From Octopus sinensis (lineage: Eukaryota): 64,000 bases of DNA. The stretch lies in contig NC_043000.1 of NCBI RefSeq assembly GCF_006345805.1, positions 93,992,001 to 94,056,000 of the forward strand, read 5' to 3'. This document shows, in pieces, positions 38,995-51,964 of this stretch. A program made the position numbers and the translations under genes. Each line of letters starts with the position of its first letter. Within the stretch, counting starts at the first letter, position 1. The notes under the pieces are model-generated. The model saw only the letters and a program-made list of their open reading frames with translations, ran no database searches and had not been told where the DNA came from.

Positions 38995-39205
38995 AGGAAC
39001 AAAGCTGACAGAATCGTAAGCGGGGAAAACTGCTTAGCGGCATTTGGTCAGCATTTACGCTATGAGTTCAAACTTCGCCGTGGTCGATTTTGTCTTCATC
39101 CTTTCGGAGTTGATAAAATAAGTACCACATGAACACTGGGGACGATGTAAACAATTTACCCACTCCCCGAAAATTGTTTGTCTTATGCCAAAGTTTGAAA
39201 CCATT
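38995..39205 (+). mobile_element. SINE family B copy
   Basis: gctgacagaatcgt, gagttcaaacttcgccgtggtcgatttt, aagtacca..tttgaaacca. Confidence 0.85.
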
Positions 39206-39753
39206 GTATCGTTTATGATGCATCCTTCATATATTCTCATACAAGATAATTCTGCCAAAGTAAACCATTACTTATGAAACATTTAACTATCCATTAGTTA
39301 TATATTTACTTTGATGCATTCACAAGTTAACCAGTTTCTGTTTTCCTCTTTTGATGTAAACTACTCAAAACAACAACAGATTTTGATTTTTTGCATAGGT
39401 ACGATGTGTGACAGTTGGCTTCTCTGTGGATTTCAAAACCAATTTCGTGAACTGGTTTCACCTGCTTTACTACTTCTGGTAACTCCCTTCTGTTCTGCTG
39501 TTTTGTTTTGTGAGCTGTAAAGGCTGTGCAATTACTGAATGTTTAAAACGTTATCACATGTACTCATAAACAAAAGCAGGTGCAAGCTTCAGAATTTATC
39601 AATGCATCAATTGACGCATGTGGTCCTTATAGGTAGTATGTACTTTGTTTTTTGGGGTGGTGCAAACAACCTATAATCCATAGTGTATATACATATCATA
39701 AAACTATGAAAATCCAAGCAACATGATGTCAAAATCTACAATTGTTTTTGAAT

Positions 39754-40143
39754 TACTCTTTTACTCTTTTACTTGTTTCAGTCATGTGACCGTGGCCGTG
39801 CTGGAGCACCGCCTTTAGTCGAGCAAATCGACCCCAGGACTTATTCTTTGTAAGCCTAGTACTTATTCTATCGGTCTCTTTTGCCGAACCGCTAAGTTAC
39901 GGGGGCGTAAACACACCAGCATCGGTTGTCAAGCGATGTTGGGACACACACACACATATATATATATACACATATATACGATGGGCTTCTTTCAGTTTCC
40001 GTCTACCAAATCCACTCACAAGGCTTTGGTCGACCGGAGACTATAGTAGAAGACACTTGCTCAAGGTGCCACGCGGTGGGACTGAACCCGGAACCACGTG
40101 GTTGGTAAGCAAGCTACTTACCACACAGCTACTCCTACGCCTG
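39754..40143 (-). mobile_element. SINE family A, young full-length copy
   Basis: High identity to the reverse complement of 14774-15188. Confidence 0.93.
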
Positions 40144-40989
40144 TGTGTAATTAAGATTTCAAAGTGCGTCATATAACGCACTCAATCCTTCTAGTGCTAA
40201 TTCATTCTGAACGTATTAAAATGCACACCTCCATGCATCGTTTTATTATTTTCATATGATACAGTCTTTACGACTAATCTTTATCTTGTCCTGTAATTCT
40301 AAAAGACAGAATAGATGTAGAAAGCGTAAAAGGCAACACAACTTGACTAATATACCGTATGATGTCACAAAAGAAACGCGATCTCATGATTCGTTAAGGT
40401 ATATACATTTGGCACCTATAAGAAATACTCTCTAAGCATATTCACATGCGCACCTCTATATACTATTGGATTATTCTTATAGAACGAATATTTCTCTAAC
40501 TTTGTAATTTGTAAAAAAAAAAAGCGTCAAGGAAGTCACCACTGAAAATTTGTTCTTCAGGTAGAGTGTTAAGATAAATGAAATAAAACAGCTCAACCTG
40601 AAATCAAACCCGGATCGCAGAATCGATGCATTAGCAGCTTCAAAATCTTTGTACAACTGCTAGCACACAATAAAATGTATATATGTGGATCATCCACGCA
40701 TGTAGGTGGGTAAGTATGTATTCGGATATAATTGTTAACAGACTCATCATTATCTGAAGACAAATTACAAAAAGAAGAAAAAAAAATTAACATCATTGTT
40801 TTTTTAATGCTTTTGTTGAATATAAGATGAATATTAAATAAAAATGGAGAACTGCAGAAGATAATTAATATGAACACGCACACATGAATAAAGATAGGTA
40901 CTGCTTTTGTTTGTGTGTGTAAAGAGATATATGTGTGTGCGCGTGCGTGTGCGTGCACGTATGTATGTGTATGAATGTATATATGCACA

Positions 40990-41039
<50 letters not shown>

Positions 41040-41701
41040 CACAAAGACAAAGCGACTAAGAGAGATTTTCATGCAATATTTTCTAATTTTTGTCCGACAG
41101 AATTTCCACGCTGGTGAAATCTGTAGGTCATTTAGTAAAATCTATAACCATTCGGCAGGCGATCGATTTTAACTCTATTTATATCGATTTAAAACTCTAT
41201 TTATATGCTGACCTGGTTACATTGAAATGAATGGAGAAAAAGGCGTTCGGTAAGTAATCAAGCCATTCTTGTCCACCATCTGACACGCCTGATCGATAGC
41301 GGTTTTATCAGAACAAGCCAGACAAAAGTTAATATAGACGTGGATTCGATTCTTATAGACTTACTTCCACGTCTCTTTTCAAATGAATTCATTCTGGATC
41401 AAGCAAAACTTCTGTATATTTGCAGCTTCGCTAATTCTTTCTTAGCAATAGAATCTTTTATCCCATTTTCTTTATCTATTTTACATTTTTTTTATATGAA
41501 TCGCTTATCGTCTGCTTTTCATTCATTTTTTTTTCTTCTATTCTCATTAAAAGATTCATGAAGAAAATAAATGAGAGGGATATTGTCCGAGCAAAATTAT
41601 TTCCCATACAAATGTATTAAGATAAAATGGCCCACATACTTCTTCTTTCCTCTTCCTACTTCTTTCTTAACTTCTTCATTAGAATCATATTCTATTTTTT
41701 A

Positions 41702-41830
<129 letters not shown>

Positions 41831-42678
41831 TAGTTTGTTAATTTTCTTTATTATCCACTTCGTTTCCTCTATCTGTCTGCCTCTATCTGAATCGTCTTTC
41901 CCGTTCTCTACCCATCACCTCTTCTCTTCTCTTTTCTCTTCCTTATGTACCTCCTGCTTCTTTTGGTAAACATATCGAGATTTTACTTTTGGCAAAGAAA
42001 TATAAATATCTGATTAGGATAATGAATCAAAGGAAACTTATATATTTTATTCTCTTCTATTCTGTTTTGTCACTCTGAATGGAAGACAGGTTTAAACATA
42101 TATCGAATAAATCGGAGTCTGGAAGAAGCTGTGAATAGGCAAAAAGAAAGAAGAAAAAAAGAATGTTTTTTGATGGCGAATAACTGAGATAGTCACGTTT
42201 CTCTTAATTCTTTATTGAAATAGATTAGCATACATGCTAACTTCATTGTTCATATTTTGCTTTATTTTATATTATATTTGCAAGAAATTTGTTTTCAAAG
42301 AAAAAAAATCTTTATGGTAAACTGCTGAATATTTTGACTTAATAAAGGTTTTCTTGAAAAACGGCAAGATTTTAAAACATGAAATTATCGAAATATAAAG
42401 GCAGAATTTTATATTTAAGTGTAGTTCTTCAATTTCAGGATATTTATATCAGTGTAGCTTACTTTCTAAAGATACCATGACCTGAATCTGAGGAGCAATA
42501 CCTGATTAAAATATAGGGCATAAAACAGTGTCTTCTTGTTTCAAAGACTATTTTATTAATGTTAAGTAACTAAGATTTTTTTTGAAAAAAGTAATACCTG
42601 AGCAGCTTTTTAAAATTAAATTTTTACGTTAAAACTGACCCTGACAAACTATATTTTAACAACACGATAAATATTTAA

Positions 42679-42702
42679 ACTACTACTACTACTACTACTA
42701 CT

Positions 42703-42756
<54 letters not shown>

Positions 42757-42803
42757 TACTACTACTACTACTACACTACTACTACTACTACTACTACTAC
42801 TAC
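42679..42803. repeat. (TAC)n microsatellite
   Basis: About 40 TAC units with three interruptions. Confidence 0.97.
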
Positions 42804-42825
42804 AAATAATATTAATAATAATAAT

Positions 42826-43270
42826 GATGGTTTCAACTTTTGACACAAGGCTCAACTGGTACTTATTTTATCGACCTAGAAAGGATGAAAGGCGAAGTTG
42901 ACCTCGGTGGAATTTATGTGGCACTTTGGTTAAGTATCTTCTCCTATAGCTCCTGATCAACCAGTACTTTGTGAAACTGTTAGACAGCAACAGTGTGGGC
43001 GACCGTCGTGTATAAGTATATAGATATGTGCGTGTATGTATGCATGTGTGTGGTTGTGGCTGTAGTTGTGTTTATCGTTCCCTATCCGCCGCTTGACAAC
43101 CAATGTTGGTTTGTTTATACCCACTTACTCTAGTGGTTTGGCAAAAGAGGCCGATATAAGTACCGGACTTTAGATTAAAAAAATACTGGGATCAATATGT
43201 TCAATTAAAACGCTTCAAAGCAGTGCCCAAACCTGGTCGCAATTCATTAACTGAAACAAGTTGAAGACAG
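42826..43270. mobile_element. SINE family B fragment (-) joined to a diverged SINE family A copy (+)
   Basis: 42826-42915 is the reverse complement of the family B tail. 42916-43270 has family A blocks in order, ending actgaaacaag. Confidence 0.7.
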
Positions 43271-43795
43271 AAAATGGAATTGATTTTAAAGGAAATAACT
43301 AAATAATCACTGAAAGTGATTTTCTTCCAGAAAGCTGGCATACGGCCAACAATCCCAGCACCAACAAATCTGAGTTGTTTATGTCTTTATCAAGCAGATC
43401 CCTTCACCGTAAATAAATTGATAGGATCAATAATAGCGTGTAAGTTCTCGACAAACCGTGACTAGTTTTCTATGAAGAGTTGGAGCCTCTTCACGAATCT
43501 TGTTAGAATCTTTATATGTCTGTCAGGAGAGGATGAATGCAATGTCCGTGACATTAGTAGGACGTCTCAGTTTTGTATGATTGATGTAGGCGCTGTTGGA
43601 CATGAATTACGTCTTGGTCAATTTTCGGTATGAAAGGCGCAGGCGAAGATCGAATTTAAGAGGGCTGCAGGTACAGGAAAAATTTAGGAGTAGGAGAATC
43701 AGTTAGCGTTTCGTTTAGGAAGGAAACGAAGCAATAGTGGACCTCGATGAAGAGAGTATAGGACTAATTATTTAAGCAGAATACAGATACAATAA

Positions 43796-43836
<41 letters not shown>

Positions 43837-43873
43837 TACATCATATATAATATATATATATATATATTATATA

Positions 43874-43959
<86 letters not shown>

Positions 43960-44049
43960 CATATACATATATGTATATATATGCACAGGCACATAACTAC
44001 ATGCATATATATATATGTATACACACACATATTATATATATATATCATA

Positions 44050-44108
44050 GGTTCTAGGTAAATTCCACCACGGTATATTCCACCATGGCAATTTACACCC
44101 ATGGACAG
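44050..44108. mobile_element. DNA transposon terminus with 15-bp tandem subterminal repeats
   Basis: ggtaaattccaccac / ggtatattccaccat / ggcaatttacacccat. Confidence 0.45.
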
Positions 44109-44203
44109 ACTTCTAATATAAGCTGCTCCCGCTAATAATCACCGTGGTCAGTTTCTGTAGACCGTCGGTCAATACCTATGTTATTTAATCTGTCTGTTAC
44201 TCA

Positions 44204-44251
<48 letters not shown>

Positions 44252-44550
44252 TAGAGAATCTGAAGGTGAGACAGAAAATAATCTTTATAATCTTCTTGAA
44301 TTGAGATGGGGGCCACATTAAAGTTCTCCCATCGAGCAAGACTCTATGAAAAAGACTCATCACAACATTTCAAAAATAATATAATTTGGGATAAAGAAAG
44401 AAAAAATTAAATTTTAGCAAACATTTTATTACAACAATAGGATACAGCGAGTACGTTGTGAAGCAGAGTTAGGATAAGAAAGTTTAATTTGTTAAAAAAA
44501 TTCTTAAGACAAATTGAGTGCAATATTTCTTAAAAATTGCAGAGGGTTTT

Positions 44551-44622
44551 CATGATAATACTCCCAATCAGTTACTATCAGACGCCGTGAGAACCACTGC
44601 CTGGTATTTCATGAGGGCATTA
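44551..44622 (-). mobile_element. Terminal fragment of the 557-bp element
   Basis: catgataatactcccaatcagtt..gaaccactgcctggta..agggcatt then (ATT)n. Confidence 0.8.
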
Positions 44623-44873
44623 TTGTTGTTATTATCATTATTATTATTATTATTATTTTATTATTATTATTATTATATATTATCATCATCATCATCATCA
44701 ATCATCATCATCAATCATCATCATCATCATCATCATCATTATTATTATATTATTATTATTATATTATTATTATTCTTATTATTATTATTATGTTATTATT
44801 ATTGTTATTATTATGTTATTATTGTTATTATTATTGTTATATTATTGTATTGTTGTTGTTGTTGTTGTTGTTG

Positions 44874-44913
<40 letters not shown>

Positions 44914-44994
44914 GTTATTATATTGTTATTATATGTTATTATTGTATTATTATTGTTTTATTATGTGTTATTGTTGTTGTTGTTGTTGTTGTTG

Positions 44995-45041
<47 letters not shown>
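44622..45041. repeat. Compound (ATT)/(ATC)/(GTT) microsatellite
   Basis: About 420 bp of trinucleotide repeats. Confidence 0.97.
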
Positions 45042-45044
<3 letters not shown>

Positions 45045-46203
45045 TAGTTTTATTTTTATAGCGTGCTTTCACTTCACTACCGAGCGCAGCTCTGTGTGCC
45101 TTGGGTATGTGCTGTGATTTGTTGTGATGCTCTTATGGTTATTGTATGGAAAGTGTTCTGCGTAGGATGTGTGCAGTGCCTAGTAGTGCAATTTTCTGTA
45201 TGTTATATGTGTTTGTAAGTCCTGGTGTTCTTGCTATGTATTTGTCTGAATATTTTTTTATCATGCCTAATGCACCTACTATGATAGGAATTGTTTCTGT
45301 TTTCAGATTCCACATTTTGGTTACCTATATTTCCAGGTCTTTGTATTTTGAAAGTTTCTCCATTTCTTTTGGAGACACGTTGTCATCTCTCGGTATTGAT
45401 ACATCAATTAGAAAGCATTTTTTTTTCTTCATGATCTCTGACAACTATATCTGGTCTGTTGGCCTTAATTTCTCTGTCTGTGTGTATCGGCATATCCCAG
45501 AGTATGGTTGCTTTCTCGCTTTCTGTGACCTTTTCTGGTGTGTGCCTATATCATCTTTTTTCTGTTGCTATTCCATAATGTTGGCATAGCTTCCAGTGTG
45601 TGTAGGTTCCAACTCTGTCATGTCTGTGAATATATTCCTTCTTAGCCAGGACTGGGCAGCCAGAGATAATATGATTTATTGTTTCTTGTCCATCTCCACA
45701 TATTCTGCATTTACTTGTTATATTTCTTTTCATTACATGTTTTTGGTAATTTCTGGTGGGGAGGCTTTGGTCTTGTGCTGCAATTAAAATCCCTCTGTCT
45801 CTGCTTTGAGTCCTGGGCTTCTCAACCATTGCTGGGATTTTTCTTTGTCTATTTCTTTTGCGTTTAGTTTAGTGCAGTATTTACCATGAAGGGGCTTTTC
45901 TTGCCATCGTTTTATCATGGTTCGTTGCTGTTCTGTTTTTAGTTTGGATTTCATTTGTTTTATAGCTTTTGTTGTTTCTTCTTCTTCTTCTTCTTCTTCT
46001 TCTTCTTCTTCTTCTTCTTCTTCTCTTCTTCTTCTTCTTCTTCTTCTTCTTCTTCTTCTTCTTCTTCTTCTTCTTCTTCTTCTTCTTCTTCTTCTTCTTC
46101 TTCTTCTTCTTCTTCTTCTTCGCATTTATTAGGTGGTATGATTTCTTGTTTGTATTTGTCAGCTTCCTTAAATACTGAGAACAGTTTCCTCTTTTGATTC
46201 GCA
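45042..46203 (-). mobile_element. R4/Dong-clade LINE, 5'-truncated copy A (CCHC zinc knuckle, RLE, 3' UTR)
   Basis: WQEKPLHGKY, GLKAETEGF-LIAAQDQSLPTRN, CRICGDGQETINHIISGCPVLAKKEYIHRHDRV, ANRPDIVV, IPIIVGALG. The 3' end abuts (TAA)n. Confidence 0.95.
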
Positions 46204-47815
46204 TAATCTACACTGGGAATCTACTTGTCCAATTAGTCCTTAATGCATGATTTTATGCAGCTACTAACAAACCTTCTGTTTCCCTCTTCAGCTTTCCTTT
46301 CGGCAACCATAATCATGTCTCACCACTATTATTTGTTGAAACTATCCTTGAGAATCTACCATGCAACGCATTCACCTGCCAGTTAGATAATTCCTCTTCT
46401 TTTTTTCTGGTTTTTAAGTTCGTTTAGTGTTTTGGTTTCCCTATGACTTGCTGTGACTCTAGCAGCTTTTAATAAACTTCCTTCACTATTACCTACAAAG
46501 GAGTCTATATCTACTCAAGCTAACTCTACGAAGGCTTCTATTGATATTAACTCTCTTCCACCTTTCTTTCTAGGTAGGTATAATCTTGCTACTCCCGCCC
46601 TTGGTTGTAGTCCTCCATTCATATTGAATACCTTCCTAGTTCTGTCTAGCTTTGCTAATTTAGTTTTTGTCCAATCTACAAAATCCGCTCAGTATCTAAG
46701 TATTTACACCCTTCACAAGATTCTGACCATTTAGCTTCCTCACTCCTCTGATGTACTATTTCTGTAATTAGTATTCTGTCATATTCTAATACTCTTAGAT
46801 ACTAATAACTCTCTTTTCCTTTCAATGATTTTAATGTCTGGTCATCTGGTAATTGGATGTCATCGCTGTTAACTACTTGTCCCCTTCTCATGACTAATAT
46901 TGCACACTTATCTATGCCAAATCCCATGCCTATATCTTTGATGAAGAGTTTTACAGTCTGTATTAAAGAATCTATCTCTTTTTTTATTCTTACTATTTCT
47001 GTACTGATACCCTGCCTAGTATTGCTTTCCTTAATACTAAACTGACGGGAATCAAACATAAGACAAATATTAAAGGGACAACGCGTCCCCCTGGAAAATT
47101 CCTCTTCTGGAATTAACTTTCCCTAAGTGTGTCACTTTAGTAGAGATCTACTTTCTATTTCTTCATGCTAAAGTGAATTAATTCTCTTGTGTTATATGCT
47201 ATACCGACTATACCCAAATATTCTCTTATTCATTAGTGTAGGATCATGTTATAGGCTTTCCTATAATTTATCCATCCTATTGTCAGATTTTACTTTCTAG
47301 ATCTTACTTCATTTAGAACTGCTTTGTCTATATATAATAGATCATGTGTTCCTCTGGCCTTCCGTTCTTCTGCAACCTATCTGTTCTTCTAGTAGTAAAT
47401 CCTGGTTATCAAGATGCTTGTAAATGCTTTCTGGAAGCATTCCTGTTAACAGTATCCATACTAATAGTAGGCATGTGATTGGTCTATAGTTGCTAGCTGT
47501 ATTACCCTCGCTTTTATCCTTCATAATGAGTATTGTCCTCCCTCTATTCATCCAATCTGGTCCTACTCTTCCATTAAAGCAATCCTGAAGTTGTTTCCTC
47601 AGCCTCCCATGCAAACTATTCTTTAGCCAGTAAACTTGAACTAAATCTGGTCCTGAGCCCATCCAATTTGACATTTTCCTAACACTTTACTCATTAATGC
47701 ACTAGTTCATTTTAGATCTGGCTGCTTCTCACTCACTAATTCTTCTCTCACTTTCTTTAACTATACTGCATCTCCATTATGATTGACTGGTTTATCCTAA
47801 ATATTACTCTGCATT
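46204..47815 (-). mobile_element. R4/Dong-clade LINE copy B (RT and thumb region), decayed
   Basis: GPDLVQVYWLK..GRTILIMKDK..NYRPITCL, RRGIFQGDALSP, DIGMGFGIDKC, RLYLPRKKGGRELI, LKRETEGLLVAA. Confidence 0.92.
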
Positions 47816-48270
47816 TTTACTGATCCACTGCCGAGCGAGAGGCATTCCCTTAAAGGTCCAGCTTCATTTTCGATGTTACAACTAGACTTCTTCGGAAACT
47901 CCTGTGTCCCATAAACTGAAGTAAGGTAACGTTCGTTGACATCGCCATCACCACTATTATTTTTCGACATCTGTAAGTTTCAAGCAGCTTTATATTGCAT
48001 CATTTGTTGCACCTTTGTGCTGGCGGTGTGGTGTGTGCTGCATTTTTTGGGAGGTGGGGGATATTGTATTGTATCAGTACGTTTTGTTATGGGGCTTTGT
48101 TTGAGTCTTCTGTTGTATAAGTCTTTATATTGTGTGCTGTTCGTGTAGCGCAGGCTGTGTTCTTCTGTCGGGTATCGGCCTTCTATGTGGCACATGTGTG
48201 TTCTCTTAATTTTGTTGGGTATTTACAGTATGAATTTATTCGTATATGCTTTTGGAGGGGTGTTGCATAG

Positions 48271-48307
<37 letters not shown>

Positions 48308-48624
48308 CTATTTTATAGTAGTTATGATTATCCGTCCGCCGTTCTTTTGCTTGGTTTTGTTATGGGTTCCGTTAATAATTATTATTATTATCACTTTCCT
48401 TATCATCTTTCAATTCTGTTTCCTTTTCTTGTCGACTACCTTCCTGGCACCTAAGGCAGAGAAACGCACTGTATACATTTGTAGGCCATTAATATAATCA
48501 CATTAGATAGTTCATTTTCAAAGTCATGTGATAGAAAAAGGGGAAGAAAGACAGAGAGAAAATGGAAAAATATAAGCTATAAAAATAAAAAAAGAAAATA
48601 AAGGGCAAAAAAGGGAAATAAAAT

Positions 48625-48800
48625 TCACAGCGACAATACTCTTCTCAATACGTGTGACGTACCAGTTAATGCAATCTTTTGCTCTTCCTGCATGGATGGT
48701 AATCCAGGGGCCATTCTTAAATAATTTTCAGTCCATTTTTCGATCATTTCAAGCGCTCCTACAATCACAGGTATTGTGACCGTCTTGAGATGCTATCTTT
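48625..48800 (-). mobile_element. R4/Dong RLE C-terminal fragment
   Basis: HLKTVTIPVIVGALEMI..QKIALTGTSHVLRRVLSL*. Confidence 0.85.
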
Positions 48801-49238
48801 GCTCTTACTACTGTGTGGTATTATTAAATGTTGTTTAGTTTCGACTTTTGTCTTGTACTTGAGATAATCGTAGATATGTGAGGGTTGGCGGAGACAGTAG
48901 GAGAAAGAAGAGCAGCTTGGTGAATAGTCCAAGTTCCACAGGTCTGTAAACAGGTTCGGCAGATGGTGAGAAGGAGATCAATAATGGGGTTTCGCATTCC
49001 TGTGTGATTGGGGGACAAAAGAAGCGTCACATCCTTGCGGTCAGCAGATGTCAAACGTGTTTACTACTACTAGCGATCAGTGAGATCGCTGACCTTGACT
49101 TTGGAAGCAATCAATTCACCTTGTTCTGTTTTAAATTACGGACAGAAAAATAATGATATATATATACTAATGTTTACCGGGTGGAACTTTTGAATTTTGG
49201 GATTTTTTAAATTTTCCTTTTAATTTTATAAGTTTTAC

Positions 49239-49302
<64 letters not shown>

Positions 49303-49303
<1 letters not shown>

Positions 49304-49492
49304 GAACAGGCAGTATCGTTAGCACGCCGTGCGAAAGGCTTAACGGTGTTTAGTCCGTCTTGAAGTTCTGAGTACCGAGTTTGACTTTGCCTATCGGGGT
49401 CGATAAACTAAGTACCATTGAAACACTGGGGTCGATGTAAGCGACTTGTCCACTCCCCCCAAATTTCAGGCCTTGTTCCTATAGTAGAAAGG

Positions 49493-49495
<3 letters not shown>
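49303..49495 (+). mobile_element. SINE family B copy between (ATT)n tracts
   Basis: atcgttagcacgccg..gttctgagt..ggggtcgatgtaagcgactt..gtagaaagg(att)n. Confidence 0.88.
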
Positions 49496-49563
<68 letters not shown>

Positions 49564-49567
49564 CATC

Positions 49568-49645
<78 letters not shown>

Positions 49646-49654
49646 ATTATTATA

Positions 49655-51450
49655 GAGATGGTTTGTATTTTAAGGTCCCACATTCAGATTATCTCTGTTT
49701 CCAGATCTTTGTATTTGTATTATTTCTCCATATATTCTAGAGTTACATTGTTATGTGTTGGGATTGATATGTTGATTAGGACGTTTTTCTTTTTATGGCG
49801 GTTCTTTACAACAATATCTGAGTGGTTAATCTTGATCTCCTTGTCTGAGTGTTTTGACATATTCTAGAATACGGTTGCTTTGCCATTCTCGGAGACCTTT
49901 TCTTGCATATGTCTATACCATATCTTTTCTGTTGGTATTTCCTCATGCTGATATAACTTTCAATGTTTATAAGTCCCAACTTTGTCATGTCTGTCAATTA
50001 ATTCTTTCTTGACTGAGACAGGGCGGCCAGATAATATAATGTAGCTAATTTGTTTTTTGTTTTTTGTTTTTTTTTCTTCTCCACATATTCCGAAGTTACA
50101 AACTGTATTCTGCTTCATTATAATTTTATGGTGAATTTTAGTCGAAAGCCTTTGGTCCTGAGCCAGCTGTTTCTATTTTCAAACTTCACAGATGATTTTT
50201 GTTTCATTTGGATAGTTGGATCGTATCTATATTTGCTTCATAAATACTGTTTTTTCTTCATGTATAAGTCGCGTCCCTAATTTAATGTTAAATTCTGGTA
50301 CAAAATGTTTTCCCCATCATAGGTTTAACTTTGCCCCGTGTATCGCACTCCAGGTTTTTCAGTTAGAACCAAGTATGAAATATTGTGACATCTCCATGAC
50401 AAAATGCAGCATATTACCGTCCGTTAGAATTCATATATTGACCAGAAGACATGGGGTTCACCCGATATAATTCTTCCATAATATTTAACCTTAACCTTTG
50501 TATCTCTGTGAATCTATATGTCACAAACTCCTCTAGAATATTTTGCAGTGTATAATTGTACCACTAATATTCTCTACGCTTCCATTTATGCAGTGTAGTT
50601 TTTTTCCGTGTTTGAAAGCTCGAATACTTTAACGTCTGTTTTATATAGTTTTGTTAAAAACTAAGGAAATAAAAATAATGGGATTACCTGTTTCTTTGCA
50701 GCCTCAAATTATTGAGTAATTAAAGATTTCCATTCTAAAAGTTTTTGAACTGCTTAAATCACACGAAATCAATGTGACTCAGATATTTTTGGCAATAGTT
50801 TCTTCATCCATCTCTGTTTCATTACATGTTTTTCATCGTTTGTGCTGTGAAGGTTTTTGACCGCGTATCGAGCTTGAAAATACATTTTTAACATTAGACT
50901 TGAGTCCTGAGATTTTCAGTCAATGCTAGCATTTCAAACGATTCAACTATGCTTTGCTCAATCTTAATAACAAATTCTTTTACATCGAATTTTGTAGTCT
51001 GAAGCATTTTCTATTGTTTCTCAATACTCCCTTGAGCTGTGTATTTCATCAGCCTTTCTTTTACATCTATTAGTTTCCTTAGAAATGGAAGGCATTTTCT
51101 TTTGCTTCATTCATTTTGTGCAGGTATTTGATGTTGTTTCCTACATAGATATTTATAATAGCATTCTAATTACAGAAGTCACATACTTAACCATGTTCCT
51201 AGAAAATGTAACCGTTCTCTGGTAGCTTTAGGTGGTGCACTCTAAATATAGTTATCTTTCTTATTTTCCATTCTAGTATTCATAATTCACCGAACTTCCA
51301 GTTGAAAATAGTATAACTATAACTCATTTAAAGGAACACGTAGGATTTTAATAGCTATTTCTTACTTTTAGCATTTAAACCATTTACTGCATAACCAAGC
51401 ATCAATTTAACACGTTTGAAAATAATCTGCCTGAGTACTCTGCCTAATTT
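49655..51450 (-). mobile_element. Older R4/Dong-clade LINE fragment
   Basis: PKATRERL (resembles HPKADVDRLY), a degenerate CCHC/RHD region, and KYKDL..MWDLKIQTISII. Confidence 0.7.
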
Positions 51451-51964
51451 TTTGATCTCTAAGTGTTTGTACGCATGTCTTTGGTGTAATTCTTACAGAT
51501 TCGTGCCATTTTCTAACATGATATTACTGGATTTTATAACTTCTTCACTCACAAGGTGGCCTTTGTATACTTTTCTGAACTAAATTTCATGCTGTTTTCT
51601 TTTTCTAAACGCATACAATGTGTGTAGTAATGTATTGAACTGTTTAACATCTGTAACATATAGTTTCAGATAATCCATATACAAGATATAGTTAACTTAT
51701 CCAATAGCACTTTTGCCTGCATGTAGGTTGGTTTCACATGATAGGGATTGATTTCAGTTTTACAATTCCATCTTTATATCTTTACGACTGCTTTCTATAT
51801 TTGATGTACCAAGGTAAATATCGACAAAATCAATCAACAATGGTAAATGTATTGATGGAGGGAAACTCTGACGGAAACTATGACAATTGCGTTCTGGTAA
51901 CCAATTCATACATTCCATACCATTTGTTTTTCGTATAGAATCATTGTAGAGTCAATAGAAATAC

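Noticed and set aside
48850-49140. Possible minus-strand exon (acceptor near 49127)
   Set aside because: The frame closes within about 18 codons, no protein is recognisable and no donor was found.
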